From: an uncultured Bacteroidales bacterium
GTDB taxonomy: Bacteria; Bacteroidota; Bacteroidia; Bacteroidales; UBA932
Length of the DNA stretch: 64,000 bases
NCBI GenBank assembly: GCA_944322575.1
Contig: CALUPK010000003.1
Coordinates: 22,388 to 86,387 of the forward strand
Direction of reading: 5' to 3'
Positions 54,271 through 64,000 of this stretch are shown here, piece after piece (position 1 is the stretch's first letter; each line of letters opens with the position of its first letter). The notes beneath the pieces were generated by a model. That model saw only the letters and a program-made list of their open reading frames with translations, was not told where the DNA came from and did not search any database. Both the position numbers and the translations under genes were made by a program.

Positions 54271-56991
54271 CTATCTGTTCATTCCGCTCTTGATGGCAGC
54301 CTGCGCAGCAGCCAGACGTGCGATGGGCACTCTGAAAGGCGAGCAGGATACGTAGTTCATGCCGATCTTGTGGCAGAACTCTACAGATGCGGGATCGCCG
54401 CCGTGCTCACCGCAGATACCCACCTTGAGCTTGGGGTTGGTGCTGCGGCCGCCCTGCACACCGATTTCGAGGAGTCTGCCGACGGATTCCTCGTCGATGG
54501 TCTGGAACGGGTCTGCGTCGAGGAGCTTGTTCTCTAAGTAGTCGCCCATGAAGGCTCCGATGTCGTCGCGGGAGAATCCGAATGTCATCTGGGTCAGGTC
54601 GTTGGTTCCGAAGGAGAAGAACTGGGCGGTCTTAGCCATGAAGTTGGCCAGCAGGGCTGCCCTCGGGATCTCTATCATGGTACCGTAGAGATAGTTGATG
54701 GTCATGCCGGTAGCCTTCTCCACCTCGTCGTGTACGCGGTCGCAGATCTTCTTCTCGAAGTCCAGCTCGCGGACGATGATGGTTACGGGTATCATAATCT
54801 CGGGTCTGGGATCAAGGCCTTCCTTGAGAAGCTCGGCAGTGGCCTGGAAGATGGCGCGGAACTGGGTCTCGCTTATCTCGGGATAGGTGATGCCGAGACG
54901 GACTCCGCGGTGTCCCATCATAGGGTTGACCTCGTGCAGGCTTTCTCCGCGTTTCTGGATATCGTCAATGGATACTCCCAGTTCTTTCGCCAGCTCTGCT
55001 TCTTTCTCGGGTGTCTGGGGTACGAACTCATGGAGAGGAGGATCGAGCAGACGGAAGGTCACGGGCTTGCCGTTCATCACCTTCATGGTGGCTTTCACGG
55101 CCTCCTTGATATAAGGCTCAAGCTCGTCCAGTGCGGCCTTTCTCTCTTCCTCAGTCTTGGAGAGAATCATCTTGCGCAGCTTGGACAGAGGCTCCTCGGA
55201 GTTGGCTCCGTAGAACATGTGCTCTATCCTGAAGAGGCCGATGCCCTCTGCTCCGAAGGACAGGGCGCGGGCTGCGTCCTCGGGAGTGTCGGCGTTGGTG
55301 CGCACACCGAGCCGGCGGTATTTGTCTACGAGGGTCATGTATTCTACAAAACGGGGATTCTCCGATGCGTCCATGGTCTCCACTGCTACGTCGTAAACGA
55401 AGCCCTTGGAGCCGTTGAGCGAGAATACATCTCCTTCGTGGTAGGTCTTGCCGTTGATGGTGAGTGTCTTGGCCTCGAGGTCAATATGCAGGGCGTCGCA
55501 GCCTACGATGCAGCACTTGCCCCATCCGCGGGCTACTAAAGCCGCATGCGAGGTCATACCTCCGCGGGCTGTGAGCAGACCGTCTGCGGCACGCATGCCT
55601 TCCACGTCCTCGGGATTGGTCTCCTCACGGACGAGAATCACTTTCTCCTTGCGCTCAGCAGCGGCTACGGCATCCTCGGCTGTGAAGACGATCTTGCCGA
55701 CAGAGCCGCCGGGACCTGCGGGCAGACCCTGTGCGATGACGGTGGCCTTCTTCTCAGCAGCGGGGTTCAGGATAGGGTGGAGTAGCTCGTCGAGCTGGGC
55801 GGGGGCCACTCTCATGACGGCTGTCTTCTCATCGATAAGGCCTTCATGGAGCATGTCCATGGCCATATTGAGGGCTGCCAGACCTGTCCTCTTACCGACG
55901 CGGCACTGGAGCATCCAGAGCTTGCCGTCCTGGATGGTGAACTCGATGTCCTGCATGTCGTGGAAGTGGTTCTCGAGATGATTCTGTATCTCGTCCAGTT
56001 CCTTGTATACCTCGGGCATGGCTGTCTCAAGGGAGGCCAGATGGCGGTTGTGCTCGTTCTTGGTGGCCTCATTCAGGGGGTTGGGGGTGCGGATACCGGC
56101 TACGACATCCTCGCCCTGAGCGTTGATGAGCCACTCTCCGTAGAACTTGTTCTCACCTGTTGCGGGGTTACGGGAGAAGGCCACGCCTGTAGCGGAGTTG
56201 TCTCCCATGTTGCCGAATACCATGGCCTGTACGTTCACGGCTGTTCCCCAGTCATCGGGTATGCCCTCGATGCGGCGGTAGGCGATGGCACGCTTGCCGT
56301 TCCAGGATTTGAACACGGCTCCGATACCGCCCCAGAGCTGCTCGTATGCGTTGTCAGGGAACTCTTTTCCAAGTACTTGTCTTACACGTACCTTGAAGTC
56401 TGCGCAGAGCTGTTTGAGGTCTTCCTCGGTCAGGTCTGTGTCACTCTTGTAGCCTTTTCTGGCCTTCAGGTCGCCCAGCATCCTGTCGAGCTGGACCCTG
56501 ATGCCCTGGCCTTCAGCGGGCTCGATGCCCTCGGCCTTCTCCATTACCACGTCCGAGTACATCATGATCAGACGGCGGTATGCGTCGTAGACGAAGCGGG
56601 GATTGCCGGTCTTGGCGATCATACCGGGTATGGTCGCGGAGCAAAGACCTATGTTGAGTACGGTCTCCATCATGCCGGGCATGGATGAGCGTGCGCCGGA
56701 GCGGCAGGATACGAGGAGAGGGTTGTCCTTGTCCCCGAACTTGCGGCCCATCATGCTTTCTGCGCGTGAGAGAGCATCGTTGACTTCCTTTTCGAGTTCT
56801 GCGGGATACTTGCATCCCAGATTGTAATACTCCGTGCAGCATTCGGTGGTGATGGTGAATCCCGCGGGTACGGGCATTCCGAGCGTGCACATTTCGGCGA
56901 GGTTCGCGCCTTTACCGCCCAAGAGGTTTCTCATAGAACCGTTTCCTTCGGCCTCTTTTCCTCCAAAGAAATAAACTCTTTTGTTTGACAT
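54271..56991 (-). CDS. ppdK: pyruvate, phosphate dikinase
   Basis: 906 aa. N-terminal GGKGANLAEM. Phospho-His region GGMTSHAALVARG. C-terminal PEP-utilising TIM barrel (GTNDLTQ, GICGE). Confidence 0.97.
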   Translation of the reverse strand: MSNKRVYFFGGKEAEGNGSMRNLLGGKGANLAEMCTLGMPVPAGFTITTECCTEYYNLGCKYPAELEKEVNDALSRAESMMGRKFGDKDNPLLVSCRSGARSSMPGMMETVLNIGLCSATIPGMIAKTGNPRFVYDAYRRLIMMYSDVVMEKAEGIEPAEGQGIRVQLDRMLGDLKARKGYKSDTDLTEEDLKQLCADFKVRVRQVLGKEFPDNAYEQLWGGIGAVFKSWNGKRAIAYRRIEGIPDDWGTAVNVQAMVFGNMGDNSATGVAFSRNPATGENKFYGEWLINAQGEDVVAGIRTPNPLNEATKNEHNRHLASLETAMPEVYKELDEIQNHLENHFHDMQDIEFTIQDGKLWMLQCRVGKRTGLAALNMAMDMLHEGLIDEKTAVMRVAPAQLDELLHPILNPAAEKKATVIAQGLPAGPGGSVGKIVFTAEDAVAAAERKEKVILVREETNPEDVEGMRAADGLLTARGGMTSHAALVARGWGKCCIVGCDALHIDLEAKTLTINGKTYHEGDVFSLNGSKGFVYDVAVETMDASENPRFVEYMTLVDKYRRLGVRTNADTPEDAARALSFGAEGIGLFRIEHMFYGANSEEPLSKLRKMILSKTEEERKAALDELEPYIKEAVKATMKVMNGKPVTFRLLDPPLHEFVPQTPEKEAELAKELGVSIDDIQKRGESLHEVNPMMGHRGVRLGITYPEISETQFRAIFQATAELLKEGLDPRPEIMIPVTIIVRELDFEKKICDRVHDEVEKATGMTINYLYGTMIEIPRAALLANFMAKTAQFFSFGTNDLTQMTFGFSRDDIGAFMGDYLENKLLDADPFQTIDEESVGRLLEIGVQGGRSTNPKLKVGICGEHGGDPASVEFCHKIGMNYVSCSPFRVPIARLAAAQAAIKSGMNR

Positions 56992-57044
56992 AGATATAAA
57001 AATAAAATATTGGTTTGAGTCAAAGACCGTAAACTATTAAGGTG

Positions 57045-57052
57045 CAAAAATA
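57045..57052 (-). promoter_or_regulatory. candidate -7 promoter box (TATTTTTG on minus strand) for ppdK
   Basis: Exact TAnnTTTG match 54 nt upstream of ATG 56991. Confidence 0.35.
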
Positions 57053-57116
57053 ACGATTTTTCACAAATCCCCTACCAACCACTTAAAAATATTTAGCAAA
57101 ATGAATATCGTTTCAG

Positions 57117-57282
57117 TACTCAGGCTGTTATAAGGCTTGCAGAAGGACGCGCCTACGGCGCTTTTCCCTCCCACCGTGAGTATCAGCTCGTTACTTCGTA
57201 ACTCGGTGATACTCATGGCGGGCCCTTCCCTCTAACAGGCCGAGGGTGGCATGCTTCTGCAAGCCTTATAACAGCCTGAGTA
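57117..57282. repeat. 166-bp nested palindromic element closed by a perfect 29-bp inverted repeat (MITE-like or structured RNA)
   Basis: TACTCAGGCTGTTATAAGGCTTGCAGAAG (57117-57145) is the exact reverse complement of 57254-57282. The interior holds three hairpins: 57149-57161; 57174-57185 paired with 57207-57218, with a GTTAC/GTAAC apex; and 57228-57246. Confidence 0.85.
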
Positions 57283-57299
57283 TTAATCGATGTGTATCA

Positions 57300-57424
57300 T
57301 AATTCTTGTCAGAACGGGCCGAATGCAAGGCGTCGAGGCTCATGGCGAGGGAGTTTACTGGGCGTAAATGACCGAGCCATGAGTCGAAGACAACGCAGCA
57401 GTCGGCTTGTTATGACAAGAATTA
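57300..57424. repeat. roughly 125-nt long imperfect hairpin starting at the phoH stop codon
   Basis: TAATTCTTGTCAGAAC (57300-57315) pairs with GTTATGACAAGAATTA (57409-57424) at 15 of 16 positions. Inner pairings are GGCTCATGGC/GCCATGAGTC and the apex GTTTAC-tgggc-GTAAAT. Confidence 0.65.
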
Positions 57425-58792
57425 CAGCAATTTGCCGGCAAGCTCGGAGAGTTGGCTTCGCTCGCCCCGCACCATATTGATGTGGGCGAAGACGCTCTGG
57501 CCGAAGAACTTGTCGCAAAGGTGGGTAAGGCCGTTGGAGTAGAAGTCCAGATAGGGTTGGTCTATCTGGTAGATGTCTCCGGTGAAGACTATCTTGGTGC
57601 CCTCTCCGGCGCGGGTGATGATGGTCTTGACCTCGTGCGGGGTGAGGTTCTGGGACTCGTCTACGATGAAGAAGACGTTGCCGAGGCTGCGGCCGCGTAT
57701 ATAGGCCAGAGGGTTGATTATCAGTTTCTCCCTGCGGAGCATGTCCTCTATCTTGACGACTTCCTTGCTGGTGGATGAGAAGCAGCTTTTGATGACGGCT
57801 AAGTTGTCGAACAGTGGCAGCATGTAAGGACCTATCTTGTCGTTCACCGAGCCGGGCAGGAAGCCGAGTTCCTGGTTCTTGAGCGGGATGACGGGGCGGG
57901 AGAGGAGTATCTGCTCGTAGTTGCCGGACTGCGCAAGTGCTCCGGCTAAGGCTATGAGGGTCTTTCCGGTACCGGCCCTGCCTGTAAGGGCTATCAGCTT
58001 GATGTCCGGATTCATGACCGCGTCCATAGCTAAGGTCTGCTCGTCGTTGCGGGGCGAGATACCGTAGGCAGTCTGCGGCTTGACTCTGACGATGGTCTTG
58101 TCCCGGTCGTCGTAGCGGGCCAGGGTAAGGCTTTTGGAGCTGTCGTATATTTTGTAATACTGGTTGGGTGCCGGTCTGCGGCGGATGCCGACCTGGGCGA
58201 AGGGGACTCCTTCCGGTGATTCATTTATCTTCCGGATGAAATCATCCTTCATATTGCGGACCGTGAGCACCTCCTTCTCGGTCTTGACGACGCGTTCCTC
58301 CTGCACCTTGTCGGAGAGATAGTCCTGGGCCATGAGGCCGAGAGCCTTGGCCTTGAGCCTCATGTTCAGGTCCTTGGTCACTAAGATTACCTTGCGGTCG
58401 GGGTTGTTGTCCCTGAGCCAGATGGCAGTGGCGATGATACGGTGGTCAGGAATGTCGTCGATGAGCGAGTCGCGTATCTGGCCTGTATAGCCGTGTCCCA
58501 TCTCTATCTTGATGTGGCCGCGGTCCTTGCCGAGGCTGATGCCCCGGTCGAAGAGGGTGTTGTCCGATATTTTGTCTAAGGCGCGTACGAAGGCCCTGGC
58601 GTTGAACCCGAGGTTGTCGTCCCCTTTCTTGAACTTGTCTAACTCCTCAATGACACTCACCGGGATGTAGATGTCATTGTCCTGGAAGTTGAAGATGCAC
58701 CTGCTGTCGTGGAGGATCACATTGGTGTCCAGCACGAAGAGTTTCGGGGGGCGGGGAGAGCGGCTGTCTATCCCGCGGAACCGGTTCTCCAT
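57422..58792 (-). CDS. phoH: PIN-domain + PhoH-like ATPase (YlaK-type)
   Basis: PIN N-terminus FVLDTNVILHD. Walker A GRAGTGKT. Walker B FFIVDESQN. Start set at ATG 58792, 5 nt after the purL stop. In-frame ATGs at 58816 and 58846 are alternatives. Confidence 0.88.
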   Translation of the reverse strand: MENRFRGIDSRSPRPPKLFVLDTNVILHDSRCIFNFQDNDIYIPVSVIEELDKFKKGDDNLGFNARAFVRALDKISDNTLFDRGISLGKDRGHIKIEMGHGYTGQIRDSLIDDIPDHRIIATAIWLRDNNPDRKVILVTKDLNMRLKAKALGLMAQDYLSDKVQEERVVKTEKEVLTVRNMKDDFIRKINESPEGVPFAQVGIRRRPAPNQYYKIYDSSKSLTLARYDDRDKTIVRVKPQTAYGISPRNDEQTLAMDAVMNPDIKLIALTGRAGTGKTLIALAGALAQSGNYEQILLSRPVIPLKNQELGFLPGSVNDKIGPYMLPLFDNLAVIKSCFSSTSKEVVKIEDMLRREKLIINPLAYIRGRSLGNVFFIVDESQNLTPHEVKTIITRAGEGTKIVFTGDIYQIDQPYLDFYSNGLTHLCDKFFGQSVFAHINMVRGERSQLSELAGKLL

Positions 58793-58797
58793 CTGTT

Positions 58798-61700
58798 TTA
58801 TAGTCTTTCGAGCCATATCCTGCCGTTTATGAACATTTCGAGCCAAGGGGTGACCGCATCGCCTTTCCGGTCAGGATAATATGCCCAGTTCCATGGCCTG
58901 AGGCAGCGCTCGGGGTGGGGCATCATGGCTAAGTGGCGGCCGTCAGGGGAACATACTCCTGCCACTGCGGCGGGGGATCCGTTGGGGTTGCCGGGATAAG
59001 AGTCGTAGTTGTATCTCAGGGCGATGTTGTATTCCTCTACAGGTCTGGGGAAGGAGAAACGGCCCTCTCCGTGAGCCACCCAGATGCCGAGCTTAGAGCC
59101 CTGCAGGGAGGACAGGAGGATGGAAGGCGAGTTCTCGATGTGTACGCCTACGAATGCGGATTCGTACTTGTGGGAGGCGTTGTGCTTCATCTTGGGCGAG
59201 AGTTCCTTGTGCTCCGGAGTGATCAGGCCCATCTCGGCCATCAGCTGGCAGCCGTTGCAGACTCCGAGGCTGAGGGTATCCTTGCGGGCGTAGAAGCGCT
59301 CGATGGCGGTGCGGGCCTTCTCGTTGTAGAGCAGGGCCCCGGCCCATCCCTTGGCAGAACCGAGGGTGTCGGCGTTTGAGAAACCGCCCACGAAGACTAT
59401 CATCTGTACGTCCTCGAGGGTCTCGCGTCCCGATACGAGGTCGGTCACGTGTACGTCCTTGACTGCAAATCCGGCCATGTACAGGGCCCATGCCATCTCG
59501 CGGTCGCCGTTGGAGCCGGTCTCACGGATGATGGCGGCCTTGATGCGGCGCTCGGCGGGAGCGGTGTAGTGTCCGTCGAAGTGCTTGGGGAAGGCAAATT
59601 CCAGGGGCTGCCGGCCGTAGTTGGCATAGCGCTCGTCGGCAAGTTCCTTGGGAGTCTGGAGGCTGTCCAGCAGCCATGAGGTGCGGTACCAGCTCTCGCG
59701 CATGGCGTCGATGTCTAAGGACAATGTCCTGCTGTCGGAACCGTACACCACTTTCAGGGTACGTCCCTTCTGTACGGGACGGCCGATGGTCCAGGCCTTG
59801 ACAGGGCCGAGGTTGCGGAGGAATTCATCCATGCCGGCATTCTTCACCTGAAGTACGACTCCCGGCACCTCGGAGAGGAGGATGTCGGAGGACTCTATGG
59901 CGCTGAGGTCGATGTCGGCGCCTCCCTCCGTGTTGGAGAAGCACATCTCTAAGAGGGTGGTTATAAGACCTCCGGCGGAGATGTCGTGTCCGGCTATGAC
60001 GGGGTTGCTCATGGAGTTGAACATGGCGTCCTGGAGGCGGTTGAAGCAGGTCTTGAAATATTCGGGGTCGGTGATGTCGGGAGCTCCTGCGCCCACCTGT
60101 CCGATGGTGGAGGCGTAGGCGGAGCCTCCTAAGGGGAAACAGGCATCACCTTTATCTATGTGTACGAACGGAATGTAGAGCAGGGTGGTCTCCTCCTCGC
60201 GGGACATGACGGGATGCAGGGTGGCGGCCACGTCCTTGCTCTGGCCGGTGGCGGAGATAATCAGGGTTCCGGGCGAGAGGACTTTCTCTCCGTCGGGATA
60301 TTTCTGGGTCATGGACATGGAGTCCTTGCCGGTGGGGATGTTGACGCCTATGGCAATGGCGAAATCGCTGGCACCCTTGACGGCGCGGTAGAGACGGGCG
60401 TCCTCGCCTTCGTTGCGGCATGGCCACATCCAGTTGGCGCTGAGGGAGATGCCGTAGATATTGTCGCGGATGGGGGTCCAGATGATGTTGGTCAGGGCCT
60501 CGGCTATGGCTAAGCGGGATCCTGCGGCAGGGTCAATCATGGCGGCTGCGGGGGCATGTCCGATGGATACGGCTATGCCTTCGGGGTCGTCGTAGCCGAT
60601 GGCGGTGACACCTAAGTCATTGAGCGGCAGCTGAAGCTCACCGCAGCACTGCTGGCAGGCTATGAGTCCGGTGACAGAGCGGTCCACCTTATTGGTCAGC
60701 CAGTCCTTGCAGGCCACTGACTCGAGCATCAGCACCTTGCGTATGGCCTCGGTGAGGGCTTCCGGAGACATTCCGGCGGGAGTCTGCCTGAGCGGGGCGA
60801 AGCCTCCGTGACCGTCGGCGCCTCCTTTGGGAGAGGAACCGTGCATCACGGTCTTGGGAGTAGAACCGAACATATCGCTGAGCTCTAAGTCGATGGGGGC
60901 ATTCCCGGTCTTGCTGTCGCGGAGGGTGAAATTGCCTTTGCCGCTGACCTCGCCTATGACGTAGAACGGCGCTCTTTCCCTTTCGGCAATCCTGCGCAGC
61001 TCAGCCGTGTCGCCCTTCTTCATTACTAAGCCCATGCGCTCCTGGCTCTCATTGCCGATGATTTCCTTGTCCGAGAGGGTGGGGTCGCCTATGGGCAGCT
61101 TGGAGATGTCGATGTCGCCACCGACTTCCTCGACTAACTCCGAGAGACAGTTCAGGTGTCCGCCGGCGCCGTGATCGTGTATCGAGATGATGGAGTTGTG
61201 ATCCTTCTCGGCTACCGCGCGGATGGCGTTGTAGACCCTCTTCTGCATTTCGGGGTTGGCCCTCTGTATGGCGTTCAGCTCTATTGAATTGGCATATTCT
61301 CCTGTGGCGACGGAGGATACTGCTCCTCCGCCCATGCCGATGCGGTAGTTGTCGCCTCCCATAAGGATGATGTCGTCTCCCTTCGAGGGGCGGTCCTTGG
61401 CGGCGTCGGCCTTCTTGGCGTAGCCCACTCCTCCGGCGAGCATCACGACCTTGTCATAGCCGTACTTGCGCTCGGAGCCGTCGGGATCCTGCTCGGTGTG
61501 CTCGAGGGTCTGGAGGGAACCGCAGATGAGGGGCTGGCCGAACTTGTTGCCGAAGTCGGAGGCTCCGTTGGAGGCCTTGATGAGAATCTCCGCGGGGGTC
61601 TGGTACAGCCACTTGCGGGGAGGTCGGGCCTCCCATTCGCGTCCGCTGTCGATGCGGGGGTAGGAGGTCATGTAGACGGCTGTACCGGCGATGGGGAAGG

Positions 61701-62553
61701 AACCCTTGCCGCCTCCGATACGGTCGCGTATCTCTCCTCCGCTGCCGGTGGCCGCTCCGTTGAACGGCTCTACGGTGGTGGGGAAGTTGTGGGTCTCGGC
61801 CTTCAGCGAGATGACGGTCTTGACCTCCTCTTCCTTGAAGAAGCTGGGCTTGGCGGCCGCAGTGGGGTGGAAGAGCCTGAGCTTGGGGCCTTCGATGAAG
61901 GCGCAGTTGTCCTTGTATGCGGAGACGATGCGGCCGGGATTGACCGCCGAGGTCTTCTTTATCAGCTTGAAGAGGGAGCTTTCCATCTCCACTCCGTCGA
62001 TGACGAAGGTGCCGTTGAATATCTTGTGGCGGCAGTGTTCCGAATTGACCTGGGAGAATCCGAATACCTCGCTGTCGGTCAGAGGTCTGCCGAGCTTGGC
62101 GGAGAGGTCCTTGAGATACTGGATCTCGTCCTCGGAGAGAGCCAGGCCCTCTTCCTTGTTATATGCTTCGAAATCAGTGATGTGGCGAATGGGCTCGGGC
62201 TGACGGTCGATGACGAAGATGTCACCGTCCAGTCCGTGGTATATCCTCTGGAGCATCTTGTCGTGGGGAATCTCGGTGTCGGAGGCGTAGCGGCCTTCGG
62301 GCACGGGGAAGAACTCCTCGATTCTGGCGATGCCGGTAATGTTCATGTTCTGAGTGATTTCCACTGCTGCGGTGCTCCAGGGCGTAATCATCTCGCGCCT
62401 GGGACCGATGAATGTGCCGGTGACTGTGGAGTCCTGAAGGAGCTCCGCACCGGAGAAAAGCCATGTAAGGGTGTCCGCTGTTTCAGCAGAAAATGCTGTC
62501 TGAGAGTCGACTGCTATGATTTGCCCCTCGGGGGAGCGGAAAAAGTATACCAT
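58798..62553 (-). CDS. purL: phosphoribosylformylglycinamidine synthase (single-chain FGAM synthase)
   Basis: 1251 aa. Typical large PurL layout with a C-terminal glutaminase domain (GVCNGCQ, HGEGR). Confidence 0.97.
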   Translation of the reverse strand: MVYFFRSPEGQIIAVDSQTAFSAETADTLTWLFSGAELLQDSTVTGTFIGPRREMITPWSTAAVEITQNMNITGIARIEEFFPVPEGRYASDTEIPHDKMLQRIYHGLDGDIFVIDRQPEPIRHITDFEAYNKEEGLALSEDEIQYLKDLSAKLGRPLTDSEVFGFSQVNSEHCRHKIFNGTFVIDGVEMESSLFKLIKKTSAVNPGRIVSAYKDNCAFIEGPKLRLFHPTAAAKPSFFKEEEVKTVISLKAETHNFPTTVEPFNGAATGSGGEIRDRIGGGKGSFPIAGTAVYMTSYPRIDSGREWEARPPRKWLYQTPAEILIKASNGASDFGNKFGQPLICGSLQTLEHTEQDPDGSERKYGYDKVVMLAGGVGYAKKADAAKDRPSKGDDIILMGGDNYRIGMGGGAVSSVATGEYANSIELNAIQRANPEMQKRVYNAIRAVAEKDHNSIISIHDHGAGGHLNCLSELVEEVGGDIDISKLPIGDPTLSDKEIIGNESQERMGLVMKKGDTAELRRIAERERAPFYVIGEVSGKGNFTLRDSKTGNAPIDLELSDMFGSTPKTVMHGSSPKGGADGHGGFAPLRQTPAGMSPEALTEAIRKVLMLESVACKDWLTNKVDRSVTGLIACQQCCGELQLPLNDLGVTAIGYDDPEGIAVSIGHAPAAAMIDPAAGSRLAIAEALTNIIWTPIRDNIYGISLSANWMWPCRNEGEDARLYRAVKGASDFAIAIGVNIPTGKDSMSMTQKYPDGEKVLSPGTLIISATGQSKDVAATLHPVMSREEETTLLYIPFVHIDKGDACFPLGGSAYASTIGQVGAGAPDITDPEYFKTCFNRLQDAMFNSMSNPVIAGHDISAGGLITTLLEMCFSNTEGGADIDLSAIESSDILLSEVPGVVLQVKNAGMDEFLRNLGPVKAWTIGRPVQKGRTLKVVYGSDSRTLSLDIDAMRESWYRTSWLLDSLQTPKELADERYANYGRQPLEFAFPKHFDGHYTAPAERRIKAAIIRETGSNGDREMAWALYMAGFAVKDVHVTDLVSGRETLEDVQMIVFVGGFSNADTLGSAKGWAGALLYNEKARTAIERFYARKDTLSLGVCNGCQLMAEMGLITPEHKELSPKMKHNASHKYESAFVGVHIENSPSILLSSLQGSKLGIWVAHGEGRFSFPRPVEEYNIALRYNYDSYPGNPNGSPAAVAGVCSPDGRHLAMMPHPERCLRPWNWAYYPDRKGDAVTPWLEMFINGRIWLERL

Positions 62554-62574
62554 GATATTCTATAATTTGGGGTT

Positions 62575-62582
62575 CAAAAATA
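62575..62582 (-). promoter_or_regulatory. candidate -7 promoter box (TATTTTTG on minus strand) for purL
   Basis: Exact TAnnTTTG match 22 nt upstream of ATG 62553. Confidence 0.4.
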
Positions 62583-62648
62583 GAGATTATTTTGCTAATT
62601 CTTGAGAATATTTCCCATTTTTGCGCTCAAAATTTTTAAAAAATACCG

Positions 62649-64000
62649 ATGACCGACCCAAGTCTACAGAACCGATACCGGGAATGTGTCCGGATGCTCT
62701 ACAGCATAGCCCCCTCGTTTCAGCGGGTAGGGGTTTCGGGATATCACCCCGGTCTGGAAAGTATGACTGATTTCGCCAGATTCCTCGGTAATCCCCACAA
62801 GTCACTGCGGACTATACACATAGCCGGTACCAACGGCAAGGGGTCCGTGGCCCACATGCTGGCCTCTGCCATAGCTTTCAGGTATCCCGGAAGCAGGGTG
62901 GGACTGTACACTTCGCCGCATCTGGTGGATTTCAGGGAAAGAATACGGGTCGTAAGCTCCGGAAAGGGGCCTGACGGACGTCACTACAGGGAGATAGGGC
63001 AGGAGGATGTGGTGGATTTCATGTGCCGCTGCAGGAGCTTTATCGAGGAGCGCCGGCCCTCGTTTTTCGAGATTACCACAGCCATGGCCTTCGACTATTT
63101 TGCCCGCGAAAGGGTGGATATTGCGGTTATAGAGACGGGGTTGGGAGGAAGGTTGGACTCGACCAATATCATCGTGCCGGAGCTCAGCATTATCACCTCC
63201 ATCGGTTTGGACCATAAGGATATCCTTGGAGATACAATAGAGAAGATCGCCCGCGAGAAGGCCGGAATCATAAAGCCCGGAGTGCCGGTGGTCATCGGAG
63301 AACTGCCCCCTGAGGCGGAGGCAGTGGCCGCGGAAACCGCTTCATCGTGCGGCTCTAAGCTGTACCGCTCCGGTGAGTTGTGCGGGGAAGACGCGGATCC
63401 GCAATACATTGCCTCCCGGGCGGACTTGCGCTCTTCCTGTCAGGTGCGGAATATCCGGACTGTGATGACCTCCCTTCATATATTGGGAGCATGGGACGCC
63501 GCTTCTACGGAGGCTGTGCTCTACGCTATAGAGCATGCGGCGGCAGTCAGCGGTCTCCGGGGCAGGTGGGAGAGGCTTTCTATGAACCCTGAGGTGATAT
63601 GCGACATAGGGCACAATGTCCAGGCTCTGTCGGAGACAATGCGGCAGCTGGAGGCCGAGGCCGCCGGCAGACATATAATAATGGTGTACGGTATGGCCGG
63701 GGACAAGGATGTGGAGGCGGTCCGCGGACTTCTGCCTCTCGAGGCTAAGTACATCTTCACTCAGGCTCAGGGCAGCAGGGCCATGCCGGCTGGTAAGCTG
63801 AAGGATCTGGTGGATGCTTCCCGCAGGGAGAGGGGCAAGGCGGATGCAGGTGCTGTGGACTCAGTTGCGGTAGAGAGCGTGGAGGAGGCTGTGGATATGG
63901 CAATGAGGGAGGCGGGCACTTCTGACATAGTGTTCATAGGGGGAAGCAGTTATGTGGTGGCGGAGGCAATGGCGCGTTTTTTGCAGAAGTCGGACGTTCC
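62649..64000 (+). CDS. folC: bifunctional folylpolyglutamate synthase / dihydrofolate synthase (3' end outside the window)
   Basis: Not in the ORF track because it is open-ended. My hand translation from ATG 62649 has no stop through 64000. Motifs: HIAGTNGKGS, ETGLGGRLDSTN, GLDH, RWE, CDIGHN, GMAGDKD. Confidence 0.9.
   Translation, partial: MTDPSLQNRYRECVRMLYSIAPSFQRVGVSGYHPGLESMTDFARFLGNPHKSLRTIHIAGTNGKGSVAHMLASAIAFRYPGSRVGLYTSPHLVDFRERIRVVSSGKGPDGRHYREIGQEDVVDFMCRCRSFIEERRPSFFEITTAMAFDYFARERVDIAVIETGLGGRLDSTNIIVPELSIITSIGLDHKDILGDTIEKIAREKAGIIKPGVPVVIGELPPEAEAVAAETASSCGSKLYRSGELCGEDADPQYIASRADLRSSCQVRNIRTVMTSLHILGAWDAASTEAVLYAIEHAAAVSGLRGRWERLSMNPEVICDIGHNVQALSETMRQLEAEAAGRHIIMVYGMAGDKDVEAVRGLLPLEAKYIFTQAQGSRAMPAGKLKDLVDASRRERGKADAGAVDSVAVESVEEAVDMAMREAGTSDIVFIGGSSYVVAEAMARFLQKSDV

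Noticed and set aside
57117-57282. An invertible promoter (inverton) flanked by 29-bp inverted repeats upstream of ppdK.
   Set aside because: The 108-bp interior contains no TAnnTTTG or TTTG promoter element in either orientation and is itself nearly palindromic, so inversion would change little. No invertase gene is nearby.

Overview
This window looks like a chromosomal segment of a Bacteroidota (Bacteroidales-type) genome. The evidence is many matches to the TAnnTTTG -7 promoter box close upstream of start codons, many lipoprotein and secreted genes, and Bacteroidota-typical DUF families. I support about 50 CDSs. Most are housekeeping: xpt, a Zn-dependent ADH, stand-alone trpB2, gpsA, pgi, an AddAB-like nuclease/helicase pair, folB, mtaB, tamB, hydF/hydE, ppdK, PIN-PhoH, purL, and folC (runs off the 3' end). 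Among them are secreted proteases, beta-propeller lipoproteins, outer-membrane barrels and two small membrane-protein + XRE-HTH modules. I saw no rRNA, complete tRNA, CRISPR array, transposase or integrase.

The most interesting signals are mostly non-coding:
1. A 30-codon leader ORF with three consecutive Trp codons, plus antiterminator and terminator hairpins, sits upstream of trpB2.
2. Two unrelated hairpin-centred tandem arrays have exact periods of 106 bp (1697-2222) and 105 bp (13575-14042). Dispersed copies of both families lie at 11.1-12.2 kb.
3. A (GGAGAAA)x11 microsatellite inside a long polypurine tract lies just upstream of the gpsA promoter.
4. Two large nested palindromic elements lie between phoH and the ppdK promoter. 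One is closed by a perfect 29-bp stem.
5. The tamB N-terminal membrane anchor is encoded upstream of the first ATG/GTG/TTG, which implies an ATT start.

The best candidates for an undescribed protein system are:
- a self-contained four-gene operon of exported proteins (50235-54108);
- an acidic lipoprotein + beta-barrel pair (34001-37180);
- an orphan 340-aa protein whose promoter abuts the 105-bp array.

All family assignments come from reading motifs by eye and from memory. None has been checked against a database.
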